Under the pieces are notes generated by a model. It was not told where the DNA came from. It saw only the letters and a program-made list of their open reading frames with translations, and did not search any database. Positions 1-11,971 of a stretch of DNA of 42,732 nt are shown here, piece by piece. Source of the DNA: Chiloscyllium plagiosum (lineage: Eukaryota); the NCBI RefSeq assembly GCF_004010195.1, contig NC_057719.1:7252795-7295526 (forward strand), written 5' to 3'. A program made the position numbers and the translations under genes. How positions within the stretch are numbered: position 1 is the stretch's first letter; each line of letters opens with the position of its first letter.

Positions 1-800
1 TCCCTCCAACGCTCTGTCTGAACCTTGTTTCCTCAGCCTTATGTAAGCCTCCTCCTTCCTCTTTACTAGACAGTCAACCTCCCTCGTCAACCAAGGTTCT
101 CTCACACGACCATCTCTTTCCTGCCTGACAGGTATATACATATCAAAGACACATCATATCTGTTCCTTGAAAAAGTTCCACATTTCAATGACATCCTTCC
201 CTGACAGCCTATGCTCCCCACTTATGCTCCTCAGATCCTGTCTTGCAGCATCGTATTTACCCTTCCCCCAGTTGTAAAACCTACCCTGTTGCACGCACCT
301 ATCTCTCTCCATAACCGAGGTGTAAGTCACAGAATTGTGGTCACCATCACCAAAATGCTCACCCACTAACAAGCCCATCACTTGTCTTGGTTTGTTACCG
401 AGTACCAAATCCAATATGGCCTCCCCTCTGGTCGGACAATCTACATACTGAGTTAGAAAAGCTTCCTGGAACACTGCACAAACACCGCCCCGTCCAATCT
501 ACTTGATCTAAAGAACTTCCAATCAATATTTGGGAAGTTGAAATCGCCCATGACTACTACCCTGTGGTTTTTGCACCTTTCCAAAATCTGTTTCCCAATC
601 TGTTTCTCCACATCTCTGCTGCTATTGGGGGGCCTATAGTAAACACCCAACAAGGTGACTGCTCCTTTCCTATTTCTGACTTCAGCCCATACTACCTCCA
701 AAGGCTGAACCCCCTCGAACTGCCTTTCTGCAGCCATTATACCATTTCTAATTAGCAACGCCACACCCCCTCCTTTTTTACCACCCTCCCTAATCTAATT
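1..800 (-). mobile_element. CR1 LINE fragment, ORF2 AP-endonuclease region (frameshifted)
   Basis: Minus-strand ORFs 453..764 and 154..474 contain GVYYRPP, VVMGDFNFPNIDW, PTRGEAILDLVLGN and GDHN motifs typical of CR1 endonuclease domains. Confidence 0.92.
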
Positions 801-904
801 TTTCCAAAGCCTACAAGTACAGAGAACTTTGTTTTGTCCCTGACAAATCTTCTCCACTTCAAGCTACCACACATGATATTGTATATATTAAGTCGACCAC
901 GTAT

Positions 905-1003
905 CCCAGTCCTGAAGAAGAGACCTACCTGAAACATCGACTCTCCTGCTCCTCGGAATCTGTCTGATCTGCTGTGCTTTTTCCAGCACCACATTTTATC
1001 AAC
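905..1003 (+). mobile_element. PLE 3'-end fragment (family A) with decayed hammerhead core
   Basis: CTGAAGA (912-918)...GAAACATC (931-938), flanked by complementary AGTC/GACT, then ctcctgctcctcgga...ctgctgtgctttttccagcaccac shared with copies at 8401-8495 and 26307-26397. Confidence 0.7.
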
Positions 1004-2469
1004 TTTACATACCTGTGCTCAACATGAGTACCAATGATTATCATTACATTTAGCACTACGTAATGAAATCTCATGAAACTTTTAACTTTGAATTCCAGCA
1101 GAATTGCTTTATATTTTCTGCTTTCAGTCAGTTAAGGGTTTGACTAGACAATGGAAATTTTCCCATCTACAGCAGAGATAAATAGGTGTCTATTTCAATT
1201 GCTGCAACAAGGTCCTCAATATCAACCACCTATCCCCCATGAATCATGCAGAAGAGGATTAGAATGTGGTTTAAAATTATAAAATGAGGAATCTGTCTTC
1301 AATCTGCCTTGTAAGCATCTGATACTGCTTTTGTGATAATTGCCCTTCTTAGTGTGCAAATTACTTTCCTCCAAGAGGTAGGACAGTTCACAAACATGTT
1401 TCTGTCAGCTTCCCACAATATAATTGTGTTTTTTTTCATGGAACCAGTAGTGAGAGAGAGACTGGAGGTGTTGGCTCAAGGTGTTAAGTGATTTTTACAG
1501 AAATCTCTGTGGGCCATGAGAATGAAGAGGCTGTCAGGAAATATTTGCAATCCCTCACCTTCCCTGATGTTATTGAATCTCTTTCCCAATCCTTTAGCCT
1601 ACATCAGTCTTTGGCTTCCTCTCACCTTCCAGTTCTAATTTTCCACTCCCTCCCTCCTTTAATGACCTCCTTCCCCTCCACATGGAGATGACAAATAGCC
1701 TCTTCACTTGCATGCTCGATTCTCCTTACTTATGTGGGATTATCCTTGAATATAGTCTTCTGTCAGCCAGCTACTGATTTGGCTGGCAATTGGGTAGAAA
1801 TTGGAAGAGATAAAAAATATCTATATTCTTTAAAAAATTGGAAGAGAAAGATTATAAGCAGCTCTGTCTAGGCTTTCTTTTAAGCTTAATGATGAACTTT
1901 AAAATGAATTCCTTTAGCTGTTGTTTTAGTCACTTACAGTAGATTGAGTCTCACCATGTTGGTGTGAACTTTTTAATTTTTCAGTCATACAGAGTAAAAT
2001 GAAAGTTGTGCTCTCCTTAAGTTGCGGTTTTGTAGTATTGACGTTGCCAGCCTCTGACATCTGGGAATGAAAACGCTGCAAGTTAATTAAGTTGACTGCC
2101 AGGAAGTGCTGTTTGAAAAAAAATCTGTCTTTAAGGCTGATGGCTTTTACAAATGCTCAAACTTTCATCTGTTGCTGCAGGTTATTTGCCTCTAGGTGGA
2201 GAATTAATGGCATTGTCCAAACACAGATGGAGCCATGGAATATACTAGATAAGCATGTTCTGGAAATTTACAAACAAAAATGTCTCCGGTTTATGGATTG
2301 AAATAACATTTCTTGCTTTCCTGGCAGTTGTAGATGTAGTTTTGTCCTCAAAGACTGTGTTATTATGCAGTTTTTTCCTCTCCAAATGGTATAATTTGGA
2401 AAATAATTTTCTAATTCACAGTGTGACTGACCTCTTATCATTTAATCCTGGAAGTTATAACTCCACAAT

Positions 2470-2715
2470 AGGTCTCCCATTTAAGATCAAGATGAGGAAT
2501 TTCTTCGCCCAGGGTCATTAGTCTTTGGAATTTTCTTACAGAGAGCAGCAGAAGCTGGGTCATTGAATATTTAGAAGTTATAGTTGACAGATTTTTGACA
2601 AGGGAATCTTGGGTCATTGAGGTCAGAGATGTTCAGATCACAATCCTATTTACTCTGACTGTGTTGAATGGTAGAGGAATCTTCATGGGCCAAATGCTAC
2701 TACTAGGAACTTAAG
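2470..2715 (+). mobile_element. Old CR1-type LINE 3'-end remnant
   Basis: gatgaggaatttcttc...tctttggaatt...gtcattgaatatt resembles the CR1 ORF2 C-terminus/3' UTR seen at 24520-24620 and 40520-40620. Confidence 0.6.
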
Positions 2716-2776
2716 ATGCAAATATTTTTGTTGCTTGCAAAATTACTGCCTTTCGTGGCATTATCCTTTGCAGAAC

Positions 2777-4820
2777 CATAGAATCATACAGTGCAGAATA
2801 GGCCTTTCAGCCCATCAAGTCTGCACTGATAATACCTGACTTTCAAATTTCATATTTACTAGTACTTTGTCCATAGCCCAGAATATTAAAATGTGCCAAG
2901 TGTTCACCCAGTTATTTCTTAAAGGATTTGAGGCAACTCACCTCTACCAGCCACCCAGGCAACGTATTCCAAACCATCACCAATCTCTGAGTAAATCAAG
3001 TTTTTTCTCACATCTCCCAATATCTCCCCCCAGCCCCCATGCCTCCTTATGATTGACCCTTCAACTAAGGGAAACAGCTGCTCCTTACTCCTCTTGTCCA
3101 TGCTCCTCATAATCTTGTACATCTCAATCAGATGACCCCTCAATCGTCTCTGCTCCAACGAAAACAACCCAAGCCTCAACCTTTCCTCATTACTTAAATT
3201 TTCCATTTCAGGGAACATACTCATTCCAGTATAATCACATCCTTCCTGTAATGAGGCAAGGCAGCTAGAACTGCACACACAATTTTCACTATGGTCTCAC
3301 CAAACTTCTATACAAATCCAACATGACTTCCCTTCTTTGTAATCCATACGTCGATAAACGCAATTCTCACATATGCCTTTTTCACCACCGTATTTTCCTC
3401 TTCAGATCTACGAACAGATGTGTCAAGGTCCCTTTGTTCCACAGCACTGCATAGTCTCATGCATTCATTAAATAGTTTCTTGTCAAATTGCTCCTTCCAA
3501 AGTGAATCAGCTCTCACTTTTCAGCATTAAATTCCATCTGCAACTTATCTGCCCATTTGACCATTCCATTTATATCTTGTAGTCCAAGGCACTCAACCTT
3601 ACTGTTAAGCACCTGAAAATCTTTGTGTTATTTACAGTGTATCATTTTACTATTCCAACCCCCACCCCCACACAATCATCTGTGCTATATATATAAAACT
3701 GACAAATGATCAGGAACCCAGCACAGATCCCTGTTGGTCATCACTGGACACTCATTTTCAGACACTAAGGCAGCCCTCTGTCATCACCCTCTGTCTCCGA
3801 CAACTGAACCAATTCTGAATCCACTTTATCAAATTATCCTGTATCCCATGCACATTCACCTTCTTGATAAATCTCCTATGTGGGACCACAGATGGAGCTT
3901 TGCTAAAATCCATATGAACTATATCAACTGCCCTACCCTCATTGACATACCCGATCACCTTAAAAATTTCAAATTTGTTAGGCGTGACCTTCCTCCAACA
4001 AAGCCATGGTGACTATCCCTGATCAGACCTTGCTTCTCCAAGTGGAAATAGATGCTCTCCTTCAAAGTTTTCTCCAATAGTTTCCCCTACCATTGCCATG
4101 AGACTCGCTAGTCTGTTCCCTGACTTATCTTTATAATCCTTCTTGAATATTAGAACCAAAGTTTCTGTTCACCTTTCCTGTGGCCAGAAAAGAATTAAAA
4201 ATTTGGGTCAATGCCCCTGCAATCTCCTCACTTGTCTCCCATGATAGCCGAGAAAACATTTCATCTGTACCTGGAGATTTGTCTACTTTTTAGCAAAAAG
4301 GGGGAACAGTAGCTTAGTGGTATTATTGCTGGACTGTTAATTCAGAGACCTAGGCAATGTTCTGGGTTCAAATCCCACCACGGCATATGGTGGAGTTTGA
4401 ATTCAATAAAAAGAAATCTGGAATTAAGAGTCTAATGATGACCGTGAATCCATTGTCAATTGTTGGTTCACTTATATCTTCTTTGGAAGGAAACTGCTAT
4501 CCTTACCTGGTCTTGCCTACATGTGCCTCCAGACCCACAGCGCTGCCCTCACTCCATGAATGAATACCAGAAACAAAGCCTGCCAAAACTTCCAATACTT
4601 TGTCCTTCTCTGTGTCAATTTGCTCAATCACTTCAGTCTAATCTGCCTGGGTTGCATACCTTCATCATCATTCTCTTGGGTAAAGTATTAGTTCAACACT
4701 CTACCAATGTCCTCTGGCTTCACCTACAAAATGCCCCCTTGGGCCCTACTCTTTCTATGGTTATCCTCTTTCCATTGATGTACTTGCAGAGTATCTTGGG
4801 ATTTTCCTGCTTTTACCAGC
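2777..4820 (-). mobile_element. Degenerate CR1 LINE (RT and 3' end), interrupted by a SINE at ~4302-4565
   Basis: Minus ORFs give GLFSLEQRRLRGHLIEMYKIM and GRAVDIVHMDFSKA...WIQNWFSCRRQRV; catagaatcatac tail near 2777. Confidence 0.85.
4302..4565 (+). mobile_element. Old tRNA-derived SINE
   Basis: A-box-like tagcttagtgg and B-box-like ggttcaaatcc; core and tgaatgaat tail shared with 9360-9707 and 25322-25625. Confidence 0.7.
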
Positions 4821-6335
4821 CTGGGCTTTATAATTATTGTATGTTGCTATTTTATATTTCTATTGGTACAGAAATAAATCGAACCAGCTGTGTTTGCTGC
4901 CTCAAGAATTAAACTCAGTGCAAAATTCCGAATAAGTAAACAAGTGATTACCCCATGTTCTATTTTTTTCAAGATGACTTTATCAAAACCTAGTATAGCC
5001 TTTGTTTGCTGAATTAGCATTGCAATATTGGCTGATGCAAAGCCATTTGGCTTCCTGCCCTGATTCTTTGAAAGAGTTATGCAATTACTCTATTCTGCTC
5101 TAATTCTAATTTCCCACAACTTTGCAGAATTTTCCCTTTTAAGTACTTTTCCACTTCACTTTTGCTTCTTCCAGCCAGTAGTTATAATTTGTTACAGAAA
5201 TAAAATGTTCCTTGTCTCACCTTGATTCTTCTGCCAATTACCTTAAATCTGTTTCCTCTGGTCACTGACCCTTCTGCCAATGAAAACTGTTTCTCTTACT
5301 CACTCTGTTACAAACCTTTCAAGATTTTGAGCCCCCTCCTCCCCCCATTAAAATCTCTCTTTAACATTTTCCACTGTAAGAAAAACAAGGACAAATTCTC
5401 TTATCCTCCAATATAACTGATTCCCTGTGTTCTTGTTCCATTTTCTTAAATGTCCTTTGCATTTTCTACAATCTCTTGACACCCCTTAGTCTGTGCTCAG
5501 AGCTTGCACAATATGCCAGTTCATTCCAGTTACTTACAAAGATTTAGTATGGCTATTTTTGTAAGGTATTGTAATCCCTTCCAGAGACAGCAGATGTATT
5601 TGTATCCTCATGGTATTGGTTGGTTTCCAGTTTTTCGATCCATTGTGAGAATTTCTGAAGCAATAAATTGCAGCAAGTCTGTAATGCTTAACTGCAACTT
5701 GAATCAGATGTTAAATATGGAAATAAGTTTAGTTTAGTTATGAGGCTAATAATTTTTAATATGTGCTCCCTCTGCAATTTATTTCACACCCTCGATAATT
5801 TAGCTGTACACCAACCTCTGATGTGGAACTTCCCTTCTTGATTTATTACACTATCCTCAGCAGATTGCACTGTATTAGGCAAGAACTTTCAAAAGCTGAT
5901 TGGGCGCAGATGTTTGCAGGTAAAGGGATGGCTGGAAAATGGGAAGCCTTCAGAAATGAGATAACGAGAGTCCAGAGAAAATATATTCCTGTTCGGGTGA
6001 AAGGAAAGGCTGATAGGTATAGGGAATGCTGGATGACTAAAGAAATTGAGGGTTTGGTTAAGAAAAAGAAAGAAGCATATGTCAGATATAGACAAGAGAG
6101 ATCGAGTGAATCCTTAGAAGAGTATAAAGGCAGGAGGAGTATACTTAAGAGGGAAATCAGGAGGACAAAAAGGGGATATGAGTTGGCTTTGGCAAATAGA
6201 GTTAAGGAGAATCCAAAGGATTTTTACAAGTACATTAAGCACAAAAGGGCAACGAGGGAGAGAATAGGGCCTCTCAGAGATCAGCAAGGCTGCATTTGTG
6301 TGGAGCCACAGGAGATGAGGGAGATACTAAATGAG

Positions 6336-6833
6336 TTTAGGGTGTAGGTTTGCTCGCTGAGCTGTAGGTTTGATATCCAGACGTTTCATTACCTGGCTAG
6401 GTAACATCATCAGTGGCGACCTCCAAATGAAGCGAAGCTGTTGTCTCCTGCTTTCTATTTATATCTTTCTCCTGGATGGGGTTCCTGGGGTTTGTGGTGA
6501 TATCAATTCCTGTTCGTTTTCTGAGGGGTTGATAGATGGCATCTAGATCTATGTGTTTGTTTATGGCGTTGTGGTTGGAGTTGCCAGGCCTCTAGGAATT
6601 CTCTGGCATGTCTTTGCTCAGCCTGTCCCAGGATAGATGTGTTGTTCCAGTCAAAATGGTGTTTTTTTCCTTCCGTGTGTAGGGCTACGAGGGAGAGAGG
6701 GGTTGTGTCTTTTTTTGGCTAGCTGGTATTCGTGTATCCTGGTGGCTAACTTTCTTCCTATTTGCTCTATGTAGTATTTGTGGCAGTCCTTGCATGGAAT
6801 TTTGTAGACGATGTTGGTTTTATCCATGGGTTG
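6336..6833 (-). mobile_element. PLE (family B) 3' part with GIY-YIG endonuclease remnant and hammerhead motif
   Basis: Minus strand reads NIVYKIPCKDCHKYYIEQIGRKLATRIHE...HHFDWNNTSILG...REFLEAW. It splits the CR1 between EILNE and YFASVFT. Confidence 0.88.
6377..6416 (-). ncRNA. Minimal type-I hammerhead ribozyme motif (PLE family B)
   Basis: Minus strand: CCA CUGAUGA U GUUACC-uagcca-GGUAAU GAA ACGU C UGG. Intact core, 6-bp helix II, palindromic helix III, 3-bp helix I. Confidence 0.72.
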
Positions 6834-8229
6834 TATTTTGCATCGGTATTTACTGTGGAAAAGGACATGGAAGATATAGAATGGAGGGAAATAGATGGTG
6901 CTATCTGAAAAATGTCCACATTACAGAGGAGGAAGTGCTGGATGTCTTGAAATGCATAAAAGTGAATAAATCCCTAGGACCTGATCAGGTGTATCCTAGA
7001 ACTCTATGGGAAGCTGGAGAAGTGATTGCTGGGCCTCTTGCTGAGATATTTATACCATCGACAGTCACAGGTGAGGTGCCAGAAGGCTGGAGGTTGGCTA
7101 ACGTGGTGCCACTTTTTAAGGAAAGTGGTAGAGACAAGCCAGGGAACTATAGACCAGTGACCCTGACATTGGTGGTCAGCAAGTTGTTGGAGGGAATCCT
7201 GAGGGACAGGATGTACATGTATTTGGAAAGGCAAGGACTGATTAGGGATAGTCAACTTGGCTTTATGCGTTGGAAGTCATGTCTCACAAACTTGATTGAG
7301 TTTTTTGAAGAAGTAACAGAGGATTGATGAGGGCCGAGTGGTCGGTGTGATCTATGTGGACTTCAGTAAGTATGCCTGGTTAAAAAAGACCAAAATTTTT
7401 AAAATTGTACTCACGGCTCGCAATAAGCATTAATTGCTTGGCAAGTGTGATCAGTGGAGTGCCACAAGGATCGGTGCTGGGTCCACTGCTTTTCATCATT
7501 TATATAAATGATTTGGTTGAGAGCATAAGAGGTACAGTTTGTAAGTTTGCAGATAACACCAAAATTGGAGGTGTAGTGGACAGCGAAGAACTTTACCTCC
7601 GATTACAACAGGATCTTGATCAGATGGGCCAGTGGACGGAGGAGTGGCAGATGGAGGTTAATTTAGATAAATGTGAAGTGCTGCACTCTGGGAAAGCAGA
7701 TCTCAGCAGGACTTATACACTTAATGGTAAGGTCCTAGGGAGTGTTGCTGAACAAAGAGACCTTGGAGTGCAGGTTCATAGCTCCTTGAAAGTGGAGTCG
7801 CAGGTAGATAGGATAGTGAAGGCGGCATTTGGTATGCTTTTCTTATTGGTCAGAGTATTGAGTACAGGAGTTGGGAGGTCATATTGAGGCTATACAGGAT
7901 ATTGGTTAGGCCACTGTTGGAATATTGCTTGCAATTCTGGTCTCCTTCCTATCGGAAAGATGTTGTGAAACTTGAAAGGGTTCAGAAAAGATTTACAAGG
8001 ATGTTGCCAAGGTTGGAGGATTTGAGCTATAGGGAGAGGTTGAATAGATTGATGCTGTTTTCTCTGGAGCGTCAGAGGCTGAGGGCTGGCTTTATAGAGG
8101 TTTATAAAATTATGAGGGGCATGGATAGGGTAAATAGACAAAGTCTTTTCCCTGGGGTGGAGGATTCTGGATTAGTGTGGTGCTGGAAAAGCGCAGCAGT
8201 TCAGGCAGCATCCGAGGAGCAGGAAAATC

Positions 8230-8257
8230 GACGTTTCGGGCAAAAGCCTTTCATCAG
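8230..8257 (-). ncRNA. Minimal hammerhead ribozyme core (family A)
   Basis: Minus strand CUGAUGA A AGGC-uuuu-GCCC GAA ACGU C; first helix II pair is mismatched. Confidence 0.55.
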
Positions 8258-8400
8258 GAATAGAGGCAGAGTACCTTCTGTATGGAGAGAGAAATGAGAG
8301 GAGGGTGGGGGTGTGAAGTTTGCCAATGATATGATGTTAGGTAGACAGGCAGGTCATACTGAGGAGGTGGGGAGGCTGCAGAGGCACTCTGCCTCTATTC

Positions 8401-8428
8401 CTGATGAAGGGCTTTTGCCTGAAACGTC
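8401..8428 (+). ncRNA. Minimal hammerhead ribozyme core (family A), sense to FOXN3 pre-mRNA
   Basis: CUGAUGA A GGGC-uuuu-GCCU GAA ACGU C; helix I is weak (about 2 bp). Confidence 0.62.
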
Positions 8429-9359
8429 GATTTTCCTGCTCCTCGGATGCTGCCTGAACTGCTGTGCTTTTCCAGCACCACTCTAATCCAGAATCTGGTT
8501 TCCAGCATCTGCGTCATGGTTTTTACCTGGGGTGGAGGAGTCCAGAACTAGAGGGCATAGGTTTAGGGTGAGGGGGGAAAGATACAAAAAAGACCTAAGG
8601 GGCAACGTTTTCACGCAGAGGGTGGTACGTGTATGGAATGAGCTGCCAGAGGAAGTGGTGGAGACTGGTACAATTGCAACATTTAAGAGGCATTTGGATG
8701 GGTATATGAATAGGAAGGGTTTGGAGGGATATGGGCCGGGTGCTGGTAGGTGGCACTAGATTATGTTGGGATATCTGGTCTGCATGGACGAGTTGGACCG
8801 AAGGGTCTGTTTCCATGCTGTACATCTCTGACTCTATGACAACTCTTTTCATGCAAATCTTTAACCCAACATAGCAAAACAATCAAATAGCATTTGCTGA
8901 AGTATTAGTTTGATGCAAGGTGCAATTTTAACCTCCTTTTCATATTTTATCATGGCAGTTTTCTGTACTTAAATGAGTAGGCTACAATATATAATTAGTG
9001 ATATTAACTTGTTGCATAATGGGAATAACTGTAAAACATACCACGGGTTTTAAAGTGATGAATACTTGTATAAAGACATTGTATCTTTTTACATACTCAT
9101 TAATCTCTCCTTCTATTTTGCTGGTCTGTTGGGAAATTTTACTTTCTTAAAGGCATTATATCATTGCATTTATATTTATGTAGATGAGTTCCGAATTAAT
9201 TTTGCTTCCAATGACTTACAGCATAGAAGTGGATTCACTAGCAAAGCTTAAAATAATCGAAGTTTCACAGTCTCATACTGGACAGTTAACCTGGGAAAAC
9301 ATTCAACTGCTCAGATGAATAGAAGTACCAAATGGAGTGCTACAATTCAAGAAGCTTTT

Positions 9360-9707
9360 TAAAACAAAATTCATGAGATGTGGGCATCACTGGCTGGGCC
9401 AACATTTGTTTCCTGTCACTAATTGCCCAGAGGGCAGTTAAATGTCAGCCACATTGCTGAGAGTCTGGAGCCACCGCAGGCCAGAGCAGTAAGGATGGCT
9501 TTTTCCTGCCCTAAAGAACGTTAGTGAACCAGATGTTTTTTCTGACAATTGACAATGGATTCATGGTCACCGTTTGACTGTTTAATTCCAGGTATTTATT
9601 CAAATTCCACCATCTGCTGTGGCAGGATTCGAACCCAGGTCCCCAGAACATTGCCTGGGTCTCTGGATAAATAGTTAGTGATAATACGACCCTAGGCCAT
9701 TGCCTCT
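9360..9707 (-). mobile_element. Old tRNA-derived SINE
   Basis: Reverse complement has B-box GGTTCGAATCC (~9625-9635) and the same core and tail as 4302-4565. Confidence 0.72.
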
Positions 9708-9917
9708 CTGCGAAGTTGGCAAAGATAGCAAAGTTTAAGAGGAATTTAGATGGACACATGATTTGGCAGAGAATAGAGAGGACCTGGCAAATGGGAAATT
9801 AGTTTAGAATAGTATCATGGTAGGCTAAAGGGCCTGTCCTCAGACTGTACTGTTCTATGTTTTGACCTTTATAGAAACCTCCCATATCTAACCCTAATAG
9901 CGTAACCTTTTTCCCTG

Positions 9918-11514
9918 TGTTATGGACGAGGCTAGACCACTCAAAACATTCTTGAGCAGGCAACCCAGACCATAAATTTGCAATTTGTTACAGTAAGTGT
10001 ACTGTGATAACTACCTGGAGTAAATTAGCTAGGTTGACTACCAGGTTTTAAAACAGACAGAAATTTATTCACAAAATTACACAGTGAAACACACAGGACA
10101 GAATAAAGAACCCCTACAGAGCTCAGTCTGTCCAAACTAGACTTAATTATGTTGTTGCGAATATACACAGGAGTCCCAATAAGCAAATCTCGTTAAAAAA
10201 CAGTAAAAAATGGAAAAATGCTTACAGGTTGAATTTAGAAGGGCAGTGAGAGAGAAAGAACCTGTTTCCACACAGCTGAACTCCTAACTAGTTCTGGACT
10301 GAACTACTCAGCTAGAAAATCTACCACTCCCCTTTCATTATAGAAACCACTTCTAAAACATGACCACTTTGGCCTGAAGTCTCATCTGTTTACATATAAA
10401 CAAAAGGTCTCTCAAAATCCTCTTCATCTCTGTACCGAACTAGTCATACAGTCATAGAGATATACAGACCGGAAACAGACCCTTCGGTCCAACTCGTCCA
10501 TGCCGACCAGATATCCCAACCCAATCTAGTCCCACCTGCCAGCACCCCGCCCATATCCCTTCAAACCCTTCCTATTCATATATCCATCCAGGTGCCTTTT
10601 AAATGTTGCAATTGTACTTGCCTCCGCCACTCCCTCTGGCAGCTCATTCCATACAACCTCTGAGTGAAAACGTTGCCCCTTAGATCTCTTTTATATCTTT
10701 ACCCCCTCACCCTAAACCTATGCCCTCTAGTTCTGTACCCCTCCCCTGCAGGGAAAAGACTTTGTCAATTTATCCTATCCAAGCCCCTCATAATTTTATA
10801 AACCTCTATAAGGCCACCCCTCAGCTTCCGATTCTCCAGGGAAAGCAGCCCTAGCCTATTCAACCTCTCCCTCTAGTTCAAATCCTCCAACCTCCTCATA
10901 AATCTTTTCTGAACCCTTTCAAGTTTCACAACATCTTTCTGATAGGAAGGAGACCAGAATTGCACGCAATATTCCAACAGTGGCCTAACCAATATCCTGT
11001 ACAGCTGCAACATGACCTCCCAACTCCTGTACTCAATACTCTGACCAATAAAGGAAAGCATACCAAATGCCGCCTTCACTATCCTATCTACCTGCGACTC
11101 CACTTTCAAGGAGCTATGAACCTGCACTCCAAGGTCTCTTTGTTCAGCAACACTCCCTAGGACCTTACCATTAAGTGTATAAGTCCTGCTGAGATCTGCT
11201 TTTCCAAAATGCAGCACCTCGCGTTTATCTCAATTAACCTCCATCTGCCACTCCTCAGCCCATTGGCCCATCTGATCAAGACCCTGTTGTAACCCTGCTG
11301 TCCACTACACCTCCAATTTTGGTGTCATCAGCAAACTTACTAACTGTGTACCTCTTATGTTCACATCCAAGTCATTTATATAAATGATGAAAAGTAGTGG
11401 ACCCAGTCACCTCGGAGCCGGGAGCTGTTTATGATCCCTCTGAAAAAAATCAAGGACACAATATCCTTGAGAAAAGCAATAGCTTTTAGGGAAAAAGGCA
11501 CCAGTTTTGTGACA
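9918..11514 (-). mobile_element. Probable solo LTR split by a CR1 insertion
   Basis: TGTTA...TGACA inverted termini (9918; 11514), ~640 bp once the CR1 is removed, AATAAA on the minus strand at 10064-10069. No clean TSD, so orientation and ends are tentative. Confidence 0.55.
10447..11404 (-). mobile_element. CR1 LINE 3' fragment, same subfamily as 5871-8840
   Basis: ORF 10873..11217 is nearly identical to the protein encoded at ~7680-8030 (GKADLSRTYTLNGKVLGSVAEQRDLGVQVHSSLKVESQVDRIVKAAFGML); agtca occurs at both junctions. Confidence 0.95.
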
Positions 11515-11943
11515 TCTCATGCATTATCTTACCTAGCAGGGAAAAAAAAACATAGGGATAGGCCTGTCAGATGTGGGGTCTACCTTTTACTATAATCAGA
11601 CAGATGTGGCTGAGGCAAAGCAAAACATCTGAACTAGAGACCCAAAAGTTGTGTGTCGTCATTGAGACGGCATCTTCAGTACCAAGTTCATTAGTATACA
11701 AATGATATTTGTTTTGGTGTCAAAACATGTTCAAATAAATTTGCTGTAAATCAAGTTGCTTGAATAATATTTTTCAAGATGCAAAAGAATGATCAGAAAC
11801 CTGCAAGTTTCATACTTGAAGGTTTCAGAAGCATGCGCTGTAGAAAAAGCATGTTAGAGTTCTAATGGATACATTCCTTTGTAAACTGCGTTTTGGCACA
11901 GGGTACCATTATTGAACAGAGTAGGGCATGTTGATTTAATAAA

Positions 11944-11971
11944 CTGACCTACAGTTTCTTTTCCTTTTCAG
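11944..11971 (+). promoter_or_regulatory. FOXN3: Branch point, polypyrimidine tract and 3' splice acceptor of the FOXN3 last exon
   Basis: CTGAC at 11944-11948, tttcttttccttttc, AG at 11970-11971; a phase-2 junction gives (R)NGIANCRMR in frame with the ORF. Confidence 0.9.

Larger units (their letters stand above)
8165..8525. mobile_element. Inverted-repeat PLE element (family A), hammerhead motif on each arm, 14-bp TSD
   Basis: TSD CCTGGGGTGGAGGA at 8151-8164 and 8526-8539; arms ~8163-8272 and ~8386-8495 are reverse complements. Confidence 0.88.
5871..8840 (+). mobile_element. 5'-truncated CR1 LINE ORF2 (RT), interrupted by two PLE insertions and an internal deletion
   Basis: ORFs 5823..6347, 6794..7327, 7405..7887, 7884..8297 and 8532..8759 give GPDQVYPR, PGNYRPV, SCLTNLIEFFEEVT, GVPQGSVLGPLLF, KFADNTK, YCLQFWSP and VWNELPEEVV; ends in an actctatgac tail. 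Confidence 0.95.

Noticed and set aside
8165..8525. MITE / DNA transposon interpretation of the inverted repeats
   Set aside because: Arms are unequal, the same sequence occurs as solo ends, related ends terminate GIY-YIG-coding elements, and they carry hammerhead motifs; this fits PLE pseudo-LTRs.
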